From NCBI GenBank assembly GCA_002269645.1, contig NIVC01000386.1:124001-188000 (forward strand): DNA of 64,000 nucleotides. Reading direction: 5' to 3'. Below, piece after piece: positions 21,634 to 32,194 of this stretch. The DNA is from Macrostomum lignano. Lineage: Eukaryota. The position numbers and the translations under genes were made by a program. Under the pieces are notes generated by a model. The model was not told where the DNA came from and did not search any database. It saw only the letters and a program-made list of their open reading frames with translations. How positions within the stretch are numbered: the first letter of the stretch is position 1; each line of letters begins with the position of its first letter.

Positions 21634-22646
21634 TTCTGCAGAGAGAGACAGAGAGAGTGTGATTACGAGCTACACTCAATAAAATATAGATTATAGAATA
21701 TTGCAAAAATGGAAATTTCTAACCTTTAGATATCAGTTTTATCTTCACTTTGGCTTCTGTGAATTCTGCTTCAGCTCGGATATGCTGCTCGGATGCTGGT
21801 GCAATGACAGAATAACAGTTCTCTCAACAGCGTAGCGGCTGCAACCACTGGATACAACAGTAGCAGCTTACTCAGAAGCTAGACTTACTTATAACGAATA
21901 CTTTCAATCCTCTTTGGTTCCTCATACCCTCAGTTTATTGTCCCCCCCACTCACTCTGTACACTTGCGTACAGCTCTCCCCACACTCTCCTGCTGCAGCC
22001 CCAAGCCCTTCCACAGTACAATGGGGCTGGAAGACAAACTGCTTTCTCCCACCTCTTAATCTTTCGTCTCTCGAGCTGAGACGGAATCCTCATAGCGCGT
22101 ATGGAAGTGACACTCCTCGAGGATCGAAAGGGGCAGAAAGACCAACAAGGACAGAAAGGAAATTTAGATGAGAATGCGTGCTATAGAAGGGTGGGAATAA
22201 AAGGTAAATGCCTGGTCCTGACATGCGCTATATAATGTACACTCTGTACACATAAGTGTGTAGTCTGTGGGGCTGGCCCATAAACTCATGCACATGTATC
22301 TTTCTTTCCCTTATCTTCTGTCGGAACTTAGAACTGCAACTTAACTTCTGTCGGTGAACATCAGCAATTGAATGAGCGCATCGAGGAATTTCTTGGAAAC
22401 GATTTTTTGAATGATTTTCAAGGCCTGGTTAGGAAGATTGACACGGCCACAATTCCATCAGGTTTCTTGAGAAGTATCAGCAGCGAATCCATTTTCTTCT
22501 ACCTGATCAGGAAGTCCCAACCTAGTTCAGCACTGTGCCTCTCTTTCATCAGAAGCTTGGTCAGAATCAGCAGAGGACCTGAGCGGCAGGACAAAGGAAT
22601 TTTTGAATTTGTGACTGAGTGTAGCTTTAAAGTCGTTGCTGAGTAG

Positions 22647-23150
22647 CGCTGCCAGATCTGCAGCGGCCAGCATTCCTGGAAGGAGTGCCAGCACGAGGAC
22701 CTGGCGGTCTGCGCAAACTGCGGCGCTTCGCACCGCCCCACCAGTCGACGTCGAGCTTGCACAGTCACCCAGGAGGAGCACAGCAAGGCGACCAGAGCGG
22801 CTGCGGAGGCAAAGCCGCGGCGAGAGCTGCGGAAGCTGCGGCCAGAATCAACCAGTAAGGTGGTAGAGGACATTGTTGCGGGCTGCACTGCAGTATGTTC
22901 TGGGCGTGGCTGGTGCGATCACCAAGTCCTAGTCTCTGGCAGCTAAACTCAAGCCTTGAATTAAAACTTCAGTGCGTTTATCCCAATTTCTACAGCCTGA
23001 CCTCATGCCTTAGCATAGTGTTTAAAAATCTAATTGCAAAAAGACTCACCAAACACATTGAAAACAATAAGACTCTAGGAGAGGACCAATGCGCCTGCCG
23101 AAAAATATACTCCACGTATGACAACCTGTGCCGTCTGGTGCAGGACAATT
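22647..23150 (+). mobile_element. Non-LTR retrotransposon remnant (ORF1 zinc knuckles joined to an RT fragment)
   Basis: CQICSGQHSWKEC and CANCGASH from 22647 resemble I/Jockey-group ORF1 knuckles. SLTSCLSIVFKNLIAKRLTKHIENNKTLGEDQCACRK..STYDNL.RLVQD (~22990-23150) resembles RT domains 1-2. Confidence 0.7.
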
Positions 23151-23541
23151 GTGGCATCAGGGGTGGCTTTAATTAAACTTGTATTCGAAGTAGAAACATT
23201 TGAACATTCAACTACTCTAGGGGTGTTGGGTGATAGCTGGGCTCTTGTGGTGTCCTATTTTCACCTGTAAAATCTAAACTATCAGCTCTGCAACCAACCG
23301 CACTGATACGAGCGTACGCTTCTACCCTAAAATAACAAAACTTGTACGCGCACAGGTTGACGTGAAGTACGTTTAGTCAAACTGTGAAAATATGTTCGGA
23401 AAATGTCATTTCTTCCTGCTCTTTTTTGCCCGGAAACAAAATAAATTTTTAACAGTACCTTAAGTAATATGTAAAAAAATTTGTTTATTTAATTTTTTGT
23501 AACACAGGAATAAAAGATGCGCTTGTTTTCTGTCTAAATAC

Positions 23542-24581
23542 GCTCGTATGAGAAAATCATGCGTGGATAATGGTTGGTTATTCGTAAGTGAGACTTTAGG
23601 ATAATAGTCCGGCTCATGAGTGCGCGCAGAACCGCATTGTCGAATTTCAGTGGGGCCATAGACAAAAAGGGCATCGAAAGGAGAGAGGGGTTACCGAGGA
23701 GAGAGAGACATAAAGACTGAGGTGGTTTACTGGAGTTTGGGCCATAGACAACGAAGTTGCAAACAGGCTGGGGGTTAAGAGGGTGGAAAGGAAGGAGATG
23801 TGGAGAGAAAGAGAGAATAAACCGTAAATAGCTACATTCGCTTGGCCATGGAGAACCAGACGTCATATCCGATCAACTGGGGCAATCTGCCTGTCGAAAG
23901 TTTAGCCAACGTATCTAGCAGCGAACTCAATTGGATCTCAAGACTTTCCACATCTCAGAAGGACATGAAGGATAACGAAGACTTTTTGAACTTCTTGCAC
24001 TTTCTTGAGACCTGGAATCGGCTGGGCATTCGATGAGCGAGATCATGGCTATCACGGGTCAAAAGTCCGAGAGCACGGTCCGGCGCTACCTGGCAGTTAA
24101 ACGGGACAAGTCCCTGCAACAATGCAGCGATGCAGTGTCGCGTGCGTTGAACATGGGACAAAGCGCCGCGACCCACGGTCAAGTAACAATGCCTGCTGAC
24201 ATCAGCATCCAAAGTTCCATCGTGCAAGAAGCAGTGAGCGTGTCTGATGGTCGTCAGATGAACGGTCGGAATATCTTTATTATGAACAACTGCACTTTCA
24301 ACAATTGCAATCTGTAATGGTCTTCGGCATCGGCACTATGACAATTGCGCCATATTGATACTGCACAATTAACTTTCCATAGCGCAAATTTTTTGTTGTT
24401 GGTGTTTGCTGTTTTGTTCTAAAAATAGGTGTCCATTATCCCGAGTTTGAAATCATTATCCTGAAGTTTAAGTGAAAAAATAAATAAATGTGCTCATGGT
24501 TTAACCATAGACGATTGCATTATCCTAAAGGCTGATTTTTGACAATCTGGGCTTAAATAATATAAAATATGTAGCTCGTAT
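23542..24581 (+). mobile_element. Internally deleted Crypton-like (tyrosine recombinase) element
   Basis: LESAGHSMSEIMAITGQKSESTVRRY (24012-24090) matches the C-terminal box of tyrosine recombinases (L..aG....Im..TGH.S....Y), and the ORF ends NNCTFNNCNL. There is an 8-bp direct repeat GCTCGTAT at 23542 and 24574, and a 12-bp inverted pair at 23594-23605 / 24519-24530. Confidence 0.65.
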
Positions 24582-24587
24582 TAGTGT

Positions 24588-25011
24588 TGTAGCGACTTCT
24601 GCCCTCCTTCAGTTGACCTTGCACTCTTCGTTGTTTACTTTCTCGTGCAATTCAGTCTAGCCTTCTCTCTCTCACCCTCTCTTCACTCTGATTTATCCTC
24701 ACTTCGTCCCACTTTAGTCTCTCGATCTCACTCTACCCCTCTTTAGAGTTAAATTGAATATTAAGATAGAAGTAGGTGGGACGCAGGGTCCAAACGGATA
24801 TACAAGTGTATTCGAAAGAAATTAACTTAGGGGGCGGTTGAAACCAGATAATAAAAAGAGGGGTGGAGTGAGAAAGAGATGCAAAAGAGGAACGAGGTGA
24901 GGACCAATCAGAGTGAAGAGAGGGTGAGAGAGAGAAGGCTAGACTGAATTGCACGAGAAAGTAAACAACTAGGAGTGCAAGGTCAACTGAAGGAGGGCAG
25001 AAGTCGCTACA
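24588..25011. mobile_element. MITE-like element with ~155-bp TIRs, TG..CA ends and a 5-bp TSD
   Basis: Arms 24588-24744 and 24854-25011 are reverse complements, near-identical over the first ~105 bp. AGTGT is duplicated at 24583-24587 and 25012-25016. Confidence 0.9.
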
Positions 25012-25150
25012 AGTGTAGCAGTTAGACGAATCGTTTCTGGAATACATTTGAAAATTAAGAAATCACAGTTTTACTTCACAGCAAAATAAAAAAGTTCTCC
25101 ACATGGCATGAGACGTTTTTGTGAGCTCAGTGAACTCAAAGCCAGGCAGC

Positions 25151-25444
25151 TTAGCAACTGTGCCCGTACGAGGGGTCGATCTTTCCGCAGCGAGTGCACT
25201 TGGTGTGGCTGCAGAAGGAGTCGATCTTACCACAGATGCGGCACTCGGTGTGGTTGCAGTACGAGTCGATCTTTCCACAGATTCGGCATTTAGTGTGGTT
25301 GCAGTACGAGTCGATCTTTCCACAGATTCGACATTTAGTGTGGCTGCAGTTGGAGTCGATCCTGCGGCAGATGTTGCACTCGGTGTGCCGCGTGGTGCAG
25401 TTCCGACTGCCGCAGATCCGGCAGATGTAGATTACGCGCGACAT
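25151..25444 (-). CDS. Cys/His-repeat mini-protein, paralog B (97 aa)
   Basis: Six units of HT(K/E)CRICGKIDS(Y/N/F)C(N/S); paralog of 13203-13544. Confidence 0.7.
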   Translation of the reverse strand: MSRVIYICRICGSRNCTTRHTECNICRRIDSNCSHTKCRICGKIDSYCNHTKCRICGKIDSYCNHTECRICGKIDSFCSHTKCTRCGKIDPSYGHSC

Positions 25445-26084
25445 TTCTGCTTCGGATAGAAAAGTGTAAAATATAGTTATCGAATTTTTAATTGCTCTGC
25501 TTCAGTGTAATTATCTTAACTAGTTAGCTAGTTTGCAGTGCTAGAGAATTATTCTTTACTCCTGCATTGCTACGAATTTGTCAAACAGCCCGTGAGTTTT
25601 CTCAATGAGCGGCCGTCGCCAGGCCTAGGAAGGAGGGCAGCACACTCCGGCCTCTGGCTTAAGTCATTTCAAGCTGCATCCTGCATCTAAGCGTCATTAA
25701 AGAGTTCTTTGCATCGAATAAAAATGTTACTGCTTTAAATGCGACAGCTGCGGGCTTAGAGACAACTTACCAGTTATTTGAAATCTTAGCCAATTTCCGA
25801 TGCTTTCTTCTTCGAAAAGAAGTTTTCGAACGCAGATCTAGTAGGTAGAAAGTTCGTCAGTTGTTTTAGCCTTGCGGATCTCCCACTTAAATAAATGTGG
25901 GCTGGGGGTCCGACTAAGCCGAATCTGGAGGGGGGGCGGTGCTCACAAACAATAGCCATTTGATGAATGCATAAAGTAAGAGTTTATTTGAGGCAGAAAG
26001 TTTTTTAATTTCTTTCTCAAAAATGTGCAGAAGCCAAAGAGACCGAGAAACAGAATCTGGAGAAACGGCTTGTCTTCAAAGCAC

Positions 26085-26700
26085 AAGTTTGAGCCTTGAA
26101 TGGGTTGAGAAAGAGTTGCACTCCAGCCAGCCTACAATTGTCCAAGAATGGGGAGAAAGAGTTGCTACTCAAGCCTGCCTGTCTGAGAATGGGTTGGGAA
26201 AGAGTTGCTGCTCCAGCCAGCCTATAGTTGTCTGAGAATGGGTTGGGAAAGAGTTGCTATTCCAGCCAGCCTATAGTTGTCCGAGAATGGGTTGGGAAAG
26301 AGTTGCTACTCCAGCCAGCCTATAGTTGTCCGAGAATGTGTTGGAAAAGAGTTGCTACTCCAGCCAGCCTATAGTTGTCCGAGAATGGGTTGGGAAAGAG
26401 TTGCAACTCAAGCCAGCCTGTCTGAGAATGGGTTGGGAAAGAGTTGCTACTCCAGCCAGCCTATAGTTGTCCGAGAATGGGTTGGGAAAGAGTTGCTACT
26501 CCAGCCAGCCTATAGTTGTCCGAGAATGGGTTGGGAAAGAGTTGCAACTCAAGCCAGCCTGTCTGAGAATGGGTTGGGAAAGAGTTGCTACTCCAGCCAG
26601 CCTATAGTTGTCCGAGAATGGGTTGGGAAAGAGTTGCTACTCCAGCCAGCCTATAGTTGTCCGAGAATGGGTTGGGAAAGAGTTGCTACTCCAGCCAGCT
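26085..26700. repeat. Composite 49/43-bp minisatellite
   Basis: Core GAATGGGTTGGGAAAGAGTTGC followed by either TACTCCAGCCAGCCTATAGTTGTCCGA or AACTCAAGCCAGCCTGTCTGA. Confidence 0.93.
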
Positions 26701-27102
26701 TCTTAAGATTAGCTTTCAGCCAAGCAAACCTGAATTCAAAACCACTAAAAAACGAGCCCACGAACGCAAGACCGAGTATGGCAGTTTGGAAAGGCCTTCG
26801 CAAGTATTGAATTTTAATCGTTTATTTTGATCATCGCGTGAACTGAGAATTACAAAGCTGCTAAACTGAAATAAGAGAGTGGCTTCATTGCTACTGGCAT
26901 CTGTCTTAGGTATTGCTGGGAACTAGTTGGTTTTGGACAATGTAGCGAATTTGCTGCGGTGCATATACACGTATTAGTTTGAATCACGAATTTTAGGGGT
27001 GAGTTTTTGTTCAGTCTTGTTTACCTGCAAAATTAAAGCTAGCAGGATCGTCATAGATACCTTACTACTGTAAACAGTGCGCTAAAAAAGCGAGTTCAGG
27101 TC

Positions 27103-30100
27103 TGTTAAGTAGGAACAAGCGAGACATTTAGGCACGACAAAACTCTTAAGGCCCAAGTTGGCCAAAGTCAGACTATATATATTGTCAAGTGAAGCGGGTT
27201 GAAATATTGATTCATGCAATGTACAGTGTCGCGTGTACATAGAGCTAGTGTGCATTTTGAATTAAGAAAGAGTTCTAAAACGCGACACACAACATCTCCC
27301 AACGCAAGAAATAAGTTTGTTAACCGATTACAGTATTAAAGTATTTAGCAAAATCTCCGAACGGAAGCGGAAATAAAAGCAAATTCGAATGGAAGCGGAT
27401 TTAAAAAAACTACAATCTTTGAGTCATGTTGGACTAATAACATTGGCAACATTGATACAAACAATGCACATTAACTTTAATGCAAAGCTCTGGACCGATA
27501 CAATGCAACAATACACTCCTAATCTCTCCACTGTCTAAGAATACAAAGTCGGAAGTCAATGCGGAATATAACGCGACCTTACGATTCGCAAGCTCAAACA
27601 GTTCCAAAAAACAGTTCATCAAACTTTAACTCAAATCAGAATCAAGCGTCAACTTATCTTCATCAATACAGCGGCTTAACTCGGATGATAGAAAACTGGC
27701 GTTTTGACAACTCGGCCACGCATTGTCCTGTACGGCTCATCTGACTGCTTTGAGGCCGGCTGCACGGAGGCCGGCTGCGCAGAGGCCGGCTGCACGGAGG
27801 CCGGCTGCACGGAGGCCGGCTGCACAGAGGCCGGCTGCGCAGAGGCCGGCTGCACAGAGGCCGGCTGCACGGAGGCCGGCTGCGCAGAGGCCGGCTGCAC
27901 AGAGGCCGGCTGCACGGAGGCCGGCTGCGCAGAGGCCGGCTGCACGGAGGCCGGCTGCTCAGCCTCGTCGACATCCTCGCTGTCACAATGGAGAGACTCG
28001 CTGAATGGCACATCTACCATTCGAGGCCTGATGAAACGGCGATTCCTTCTGAGCAGCTGACCAGTCTCGGTTCGAACCCAGTACGACCTTGGACAATTCT
28101 CCAGCTCGCTGTCGATCTCAGCAGCCACCCAGTCGCGACGACCTCGTTGGAGCCAGACCAGATCACCAGCAGCTAGTCTCCTCAATGGTCGAGCTCCTCG
28201 GTTGTACAACTGCGCTGCCCGAGTGCGCTGCTTCTCAAAGGCCTCTATGCTTGAGTGTAGGTGAATTTCCTTTGGCCGCAAATCTTGAACAGTTGCAGGC
28301 AAGTCGCACCTGAGCTTACGACCGAATGCCATCTCAGCTGGACTCGGAAAGCCGCTGCCGACTGGGGTGTTGCGGTAGTGAAGCAACGCCAGCTCCAGGT
28401 TCTGTCCAGTCTCTGAGCACTTCTTCAGCATATTCTTTGCCGTTTGTACGTAGCGTTCTGCTCTTCCATTTGATTGCGGGTACGTCGGACTTGAAGTTCG
28501 GTGCTCGACCTTGAATTCTGCTATCGTCTGTCGAAATTCCCGAGCGGAAAACTGTGGACCTCCGTCGCTGACGAGTTTCTCTGGCACTCCGAAGTTTTGA
28601 AAATGGTCCCGAATCACTGAAACGACAGCTGCGCTGGTGGTCGATCTCATTCGAGTGACATTCATCCAGCGACTGTAGGAGTCCACGTACACCAGGTAGG
28701 ATGAACCGCCGAACTCGAACAGGTCTGTGGAGCAATCTTGGAATGGGAAGCTCGGCATGTCCCCCGTCATCAGCGTCTCCTTAGACTGGGTTCTCATGTT
28801 TCGCTGACAAGACTCGCAGTCAGTGACGACCTGCTCCACACAGCTCCGCATTCCTGGCCAGTAGAAATAGTCCTTAGCCTTGAGGTGCATTTTCACGATG
28901 CCTGGGTGCCCAGCATGAAGAATTTTGAGCACCTGTTTCCTTGAATCTCCGCTGGGAACATAGATCCGGTCCTTCAAGCACAAAAGTCCGGAAGCATAGG
29001 TCAGGTCATGCCGAACGTCCCAAAACGGCTTCAGGTCGTCTGTCAACCTCGCTCTGTGCTCTGGCCAACCGTCTAGGATGACATTCCGCAACCGCTCGCT
29101 CGTCATATCTTTGGCTGTTGCATTCTTGATCATGTGCAAGATCTCGCGGTCCCCGCTAAAGCAGCGCTCGACTGATAGGACTTGACCATCGAGGGCTTCT
29201 TCTAGCTGAATTGTGAGGAGATCAGCTGCACCGTGTGCTCGGCTCAATGTGTCGGCTACGTGCAACTCCTTTCCGGGAGTGTACTTGACGCGAATGTCAT
29301 AAGGCTGCAACTGGAGCATAAGTCGCTGAATTCGAGGCGTTGTGTCACACAGAGCCTTCTTGAAGATCGCCTCCAATGGCTTGTGGTCGCTCTGGACATG
29401 CACTGTCCGGCCCCAGATGTATCGATGGAACTTTTTGCAGCCATAGACAATAGCAAGAAGCTCTTTCTCGATTTGTGCATATGCTCGCTGGGCACTGGTC
29501 ATTGCAGAGGACGCGTATTCGACTGGGCGATGGTCTTGTAGCAGCACTGCGCCAATTCCACTCTTGCTTGCGTCGACTGAAACCGTTACGGGCTTGGCTG
29601 TGTCAAAGGTAGCCAGCACCCGGTTCGAGCACAGATCCGCGATGATTGCATCATACGCCTGGTCGTGCTGATCCAGCCAGCTCCATATGATTTCCTTCTT
29701 CAGGAGATGCCTCAGTGGTTCCGCAGTGGCTGACAGGTGCGGGCAGAATCTTGCCAAGTAGGTGACACAGCCGAGAAAACGCCTCAGTTGCTCTTTCTTT
29801 GCGGTTACGCCTTCCAGAGAGTCGGGTCTTGCCATCTGCTTGATTGCCTTGACCTTCTGTGGATCAGCTCGAATTCCATCAGGGCCCAGAATATCACCTA
29901 AGTAGTTCAGCTCTGGGGCTCCAACTCGCATCTTGTTCGGATTCAGCGTCACGTTAGCGCGCTTGCACTGCTCCATCAGGCTGCGAACTGCAGTGTCATG
30001 TTCCTCGATGGTGCGCCCCCACACGATAATGTCATCGAAAAAGTTTTTCGAGTTCTTGACGTGACCGGTGACATTCTCCTCCATGCGCTTTTGGAACACT

Positions 30101-32091
30101 TCGGGGATCGATGATAAGCCGTACGGCACCCGCTTCCACCTGTAACGGCCGAATGGAGTATGGAACGTAGTGAGGAACGAGCTCTGCTCATCTAGCTTGA
30201 GCTGATGGAAACTCTCGTTGGCGTCAAATGTGCTGTACACCACGGCTCCAGCAGTCGCCATCCGAACTTCCTCCGCCGTTGGAATCGGGTGATATTCGCG
30301 GATGATGAACTGGTTCAGGTATGTTGGATCAAGGCATAGGCGCATCGAGCCGTCCTTCTTCCAGACAATGGTGACGTTTGAAACCCATTGAGTCGGCTCG
30401 TCTACTCGAACAATTTTCCCATCTCTCTCCAGGCGCTCCAGCTCGCACTTCAATGGCTGATAGGCCGCGAATGGAACCTTGCGTGGCGGCTGGACTTTTG
30501 GAGCGGCATTTTCTGTTAGCTGAATTGTGTACTGCTGCTTCATGCACCCGACACCTTTGAACACAGTCGGATAGTCTGCTATCAGCTGGCTGCTAGTGAT
30601 CTGAGACTGGTGGGGTTTCTCAACTTTGCTGAGATTGGCTGGGCTCTTGTTTATGGCAAAAAGCTTCCTGATGAGATGCAACTCATGCAGTGCTGACTTC
30701 CAACCTATGATCGGAGTCGCGTTTTCTCCAACGACTACAAACTGAAGTTTAACGTTTTTCTGACACGGAGACGAAACTGTCAGGTGAGTTAGGCCGACGA
30801 CATCCAGCTGCTGTCTGTTGTAGGTAGTGAGTGTCCAGGATGTGGGCTCAATTTCAGCCGCAGGGGCGAACTTGATCAGGCATCGCAGCGGAACAACGTT
30901 GACATCTGCCCCAGTATCGACCTTAAACTGGAGCATCCGTCCCGAATCCTTTGCCGTGAGATTCACCATCATTGCTGAGTAGTCGTGCAGACGCTGAGCT
31001 TCCAGTTTCTCAACTGTCATGACTGTCGCTGGTTTTGCCTCTTGGTCAGCGTCATCCAGCTGCTGCTTGTCCTCCTGGAGCTCGTTGACTTTCTTTGAGG
31101 ACCGGCACATTGACGAGAAGTGGTTCAGACGGCCACAGCTGTTACACTTCCTACCGTAGGCTGGGCATTTTCTCCGCTCGTGCTGCAGTCCGCAGAAGCC
31201 ACAGCCGCGGCCTGAAGGCGGTTTTGGTGGGCCAGCTGGTGCTCGGGGTCCACCTTGGACAACATCCACCGTTGACGGCGGAGCTCGGCCGCTCTGAGTT
31301 GCCAGCAGAGCGCTAGCCTGTCGCTTTGACGTCTCCGAAGCCCGTCCCATCTGAATTGCACGGTTGAGTGTCAGGTTGGACTCACGGAGTAGTCTCTCTT
31401 TGAGCGCTGGGTCGCCGACTCCGATCACGATCTGGTCGCGGATGACGCTGTCGCCGACTGACTCGCCGTTGGCCGGTGTCGCGTAGTTGCACCTGGTCAC
31501 GAGCTGTCGCAGAGAGGCAACGAACTGATCGAAGTCTTCCGACTCCTTCTGCACTCTGGTTCTGAACAGGTAGCGGTCGAAGGTCTCGTTGCTCATTGGC
31601 TCACAGTAATTCTTGAATTGATTGAGAACCCCAGCGTATGTCGCCACTTCGGCTGTCGGGAAGGTGGAGAACACGTCTTGTCCTTCTGATCCGAGCGCAG
31701 TCAACAGTATTGCAATCTTGACCTCTTCGCTCTCCTCCGTCTTCTTGGTTGCCTTCATGTAGAAGTCGATCGCTTTGCTCCATTTTCTCCAGTTATCTGC
31801 GCGATTGGCATCAAAAACCATCGGCTCTGGAGGCCTCAGTCCTTCCATTAGCTAGCTTGCTTGGCTATTGGGGGAAAGTACTTTATGCTTGCGACGCCAT
31901 GTTAAGTAGGAACAAGCGAGACATTTAGGCACGACAAAACTCTTAAGGCCCAAGTTGGCCAAAGTCAGACTATATATATTGTCAAGTGAAGCGGGTTGAA
32001 ATATTGATTCATGCAATGTACAGTGTCGCGTGTACATAGAGCTAGTGTGCATTTTGAATTAAGAAAGAGTTCTAAAACGCGACACACAACA
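27103..32091 (-). mobile_element. Full-length Gypsy/Ty3 LTR retrotransposon, Mag-type
   Basis: 192-bp LTRs at 27103-27294 and 31900-32091 (TG..CA, identical by eye). TSD AGGTC at 27098-27102 and 32092-32096. PBS TGGCGTCGCAAGC abuts the 5' LTR, and a short PPT GGGAGA precedes the 3' LTR. Confidence 0.97.
27676..31848 (-). CDS. Gag-pol polyprotein (1390 aa): gag with double zinc knuckle, PR, RT, RNase H, IN
   Basis: CGFCGLQH..KCPAYGRKCNSCGRLNHFSSMC; protease VDTGAD; RT FDANESFHQL and FFDD; RNase H VDASKSGIG; integrase H..H/CESC, DLFE, SDGGPQF, AERYVQ. PR-RT-RH-IN order. Confidence 0.97.
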   Translation of the reverse strand: MEGLRPPEPMVFDANRADNWRKWSKAIDFYMKATKKTEESEEVKIAILLTALGSEGQDVFSTFPTAEVATYAGVLNQFKNYCEPMSNETFDRYLFRTRVQKESEDFDQFVASLRQLVTRCNYATPANGESVGDSVIRDQIVIGVGDPALKERLLRESNLTLNRAIQMGRASETSKRQASALLATQSGRAPPSTVDVVQGGPRAPAGPPKPPSGRGCGFCGLQHERRKCPAYGRKCNSCGRLNHFSSMCRSSKKVNELQEDKQQLDDADQEAKPATVMTVEKLEAQRLHDYSAMMVNLTAKDSGRMLQFKVDTGADVNVVPLRCLIKFAPAAEIEPTSWTLTTYNRQQLDVVGLTHLTVSSPCQKNVKLQFVVVGENATPIIGWKSALHELHLIRKLFAINKSPANLSKVEKPHQSQITSSQLIADYPTVFKGVGCMKQQYTIQLTENAAPKVQPPRKVPFAAYQPLKCELERLERDGKIVRVDEPTQWVSNVTIVWKKDGSMRLCLDPTYLNQFIIREYHPIPTAEEVRMATAGAVVYSTFDANESFHQLKLDEQSSFLTTFHTPFGRYRWKRVPYGLSSIPEVFQKRMEENVTGHVKNSKNFFDDIIVWGRTIEEHDTAVRSLMEQCKRANVTLNPNKMRVGAPELNYLGDILGPDGIRADPQKVKAIKQMARPDSLEGVTAKKEQLRRFLGCVTYLARFCPHLSATAEPLRHLLKKEIIWSWLDQHDQAYDAIIADLCSNRVLATFDTAKPVTVSVDASKSGIGAVLLQDHRPVEYASSAMTSAQRAYAQIEKELLAIVYGCKKFHRYIWGRTVHVQSDHKPLEAIFKKALCDTTPRIQRLMLQLQPYDIRVKYTPGKELHVADTLSRAHGAADLLTIQLEEALDGQVLSVERCFSGDREILHMIKNATAKDMTSERLRNVILDGWPEHRARLTDDLKPFWDVRHDLTYASGLLCLKDRIYVPSGDSRKQVLKILHAGHPGIVKMHLKAKDYFYWPGMRSCVEQVVTDCESCQRNMRTQSKETLMTGDMPSFPFQDCSTDLFEFGGSSYLVYVDSYSRWMNVTRMRSTTSAAVVSVIRDHFQNFGVPEKLVSDGGPQFSAREFRQTIAEFKVEHRTSSPTYPQSNGRAERYVQTAKNMLKKCSETGQNLELALLHYRNTPVGSGFPSPAEMAFGRKLRCDLPATVQDLRPKEIHLHSSIEAFEKQRTRAAQLYNRGARPLRRLAAGDLVWLQRGRRDWVAAEIDSELENCPRSYWVRTETGQLLRRNRRFIRPRMVDVPFSESLHCDSEDVDEAEQPASVQPASAQPASVQPASVQPASAQPASVQPASVQPASAQPASVQPASVQPASVQPASAQPASVQPASKQSDEPYRTMRGRVVKTPVFYHPS

Positions 32092-32194
32092 AGGTCAACC
32101 TAATAACTAAAAATCAATCAGCTAGTTATTTAACAGAGGCTTCTAAATACCTTCCTACAAAAGTTTCTGAGGATCTGAGTTCCCAAGGCGACCT

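Larger units (their letters stand above)
23152..26120. repeat. Segmental duplication, copy B
   Basis: Collinear with 12557-14879, interrupted by insertions at ~23542-25016. Confidence 0.9.
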
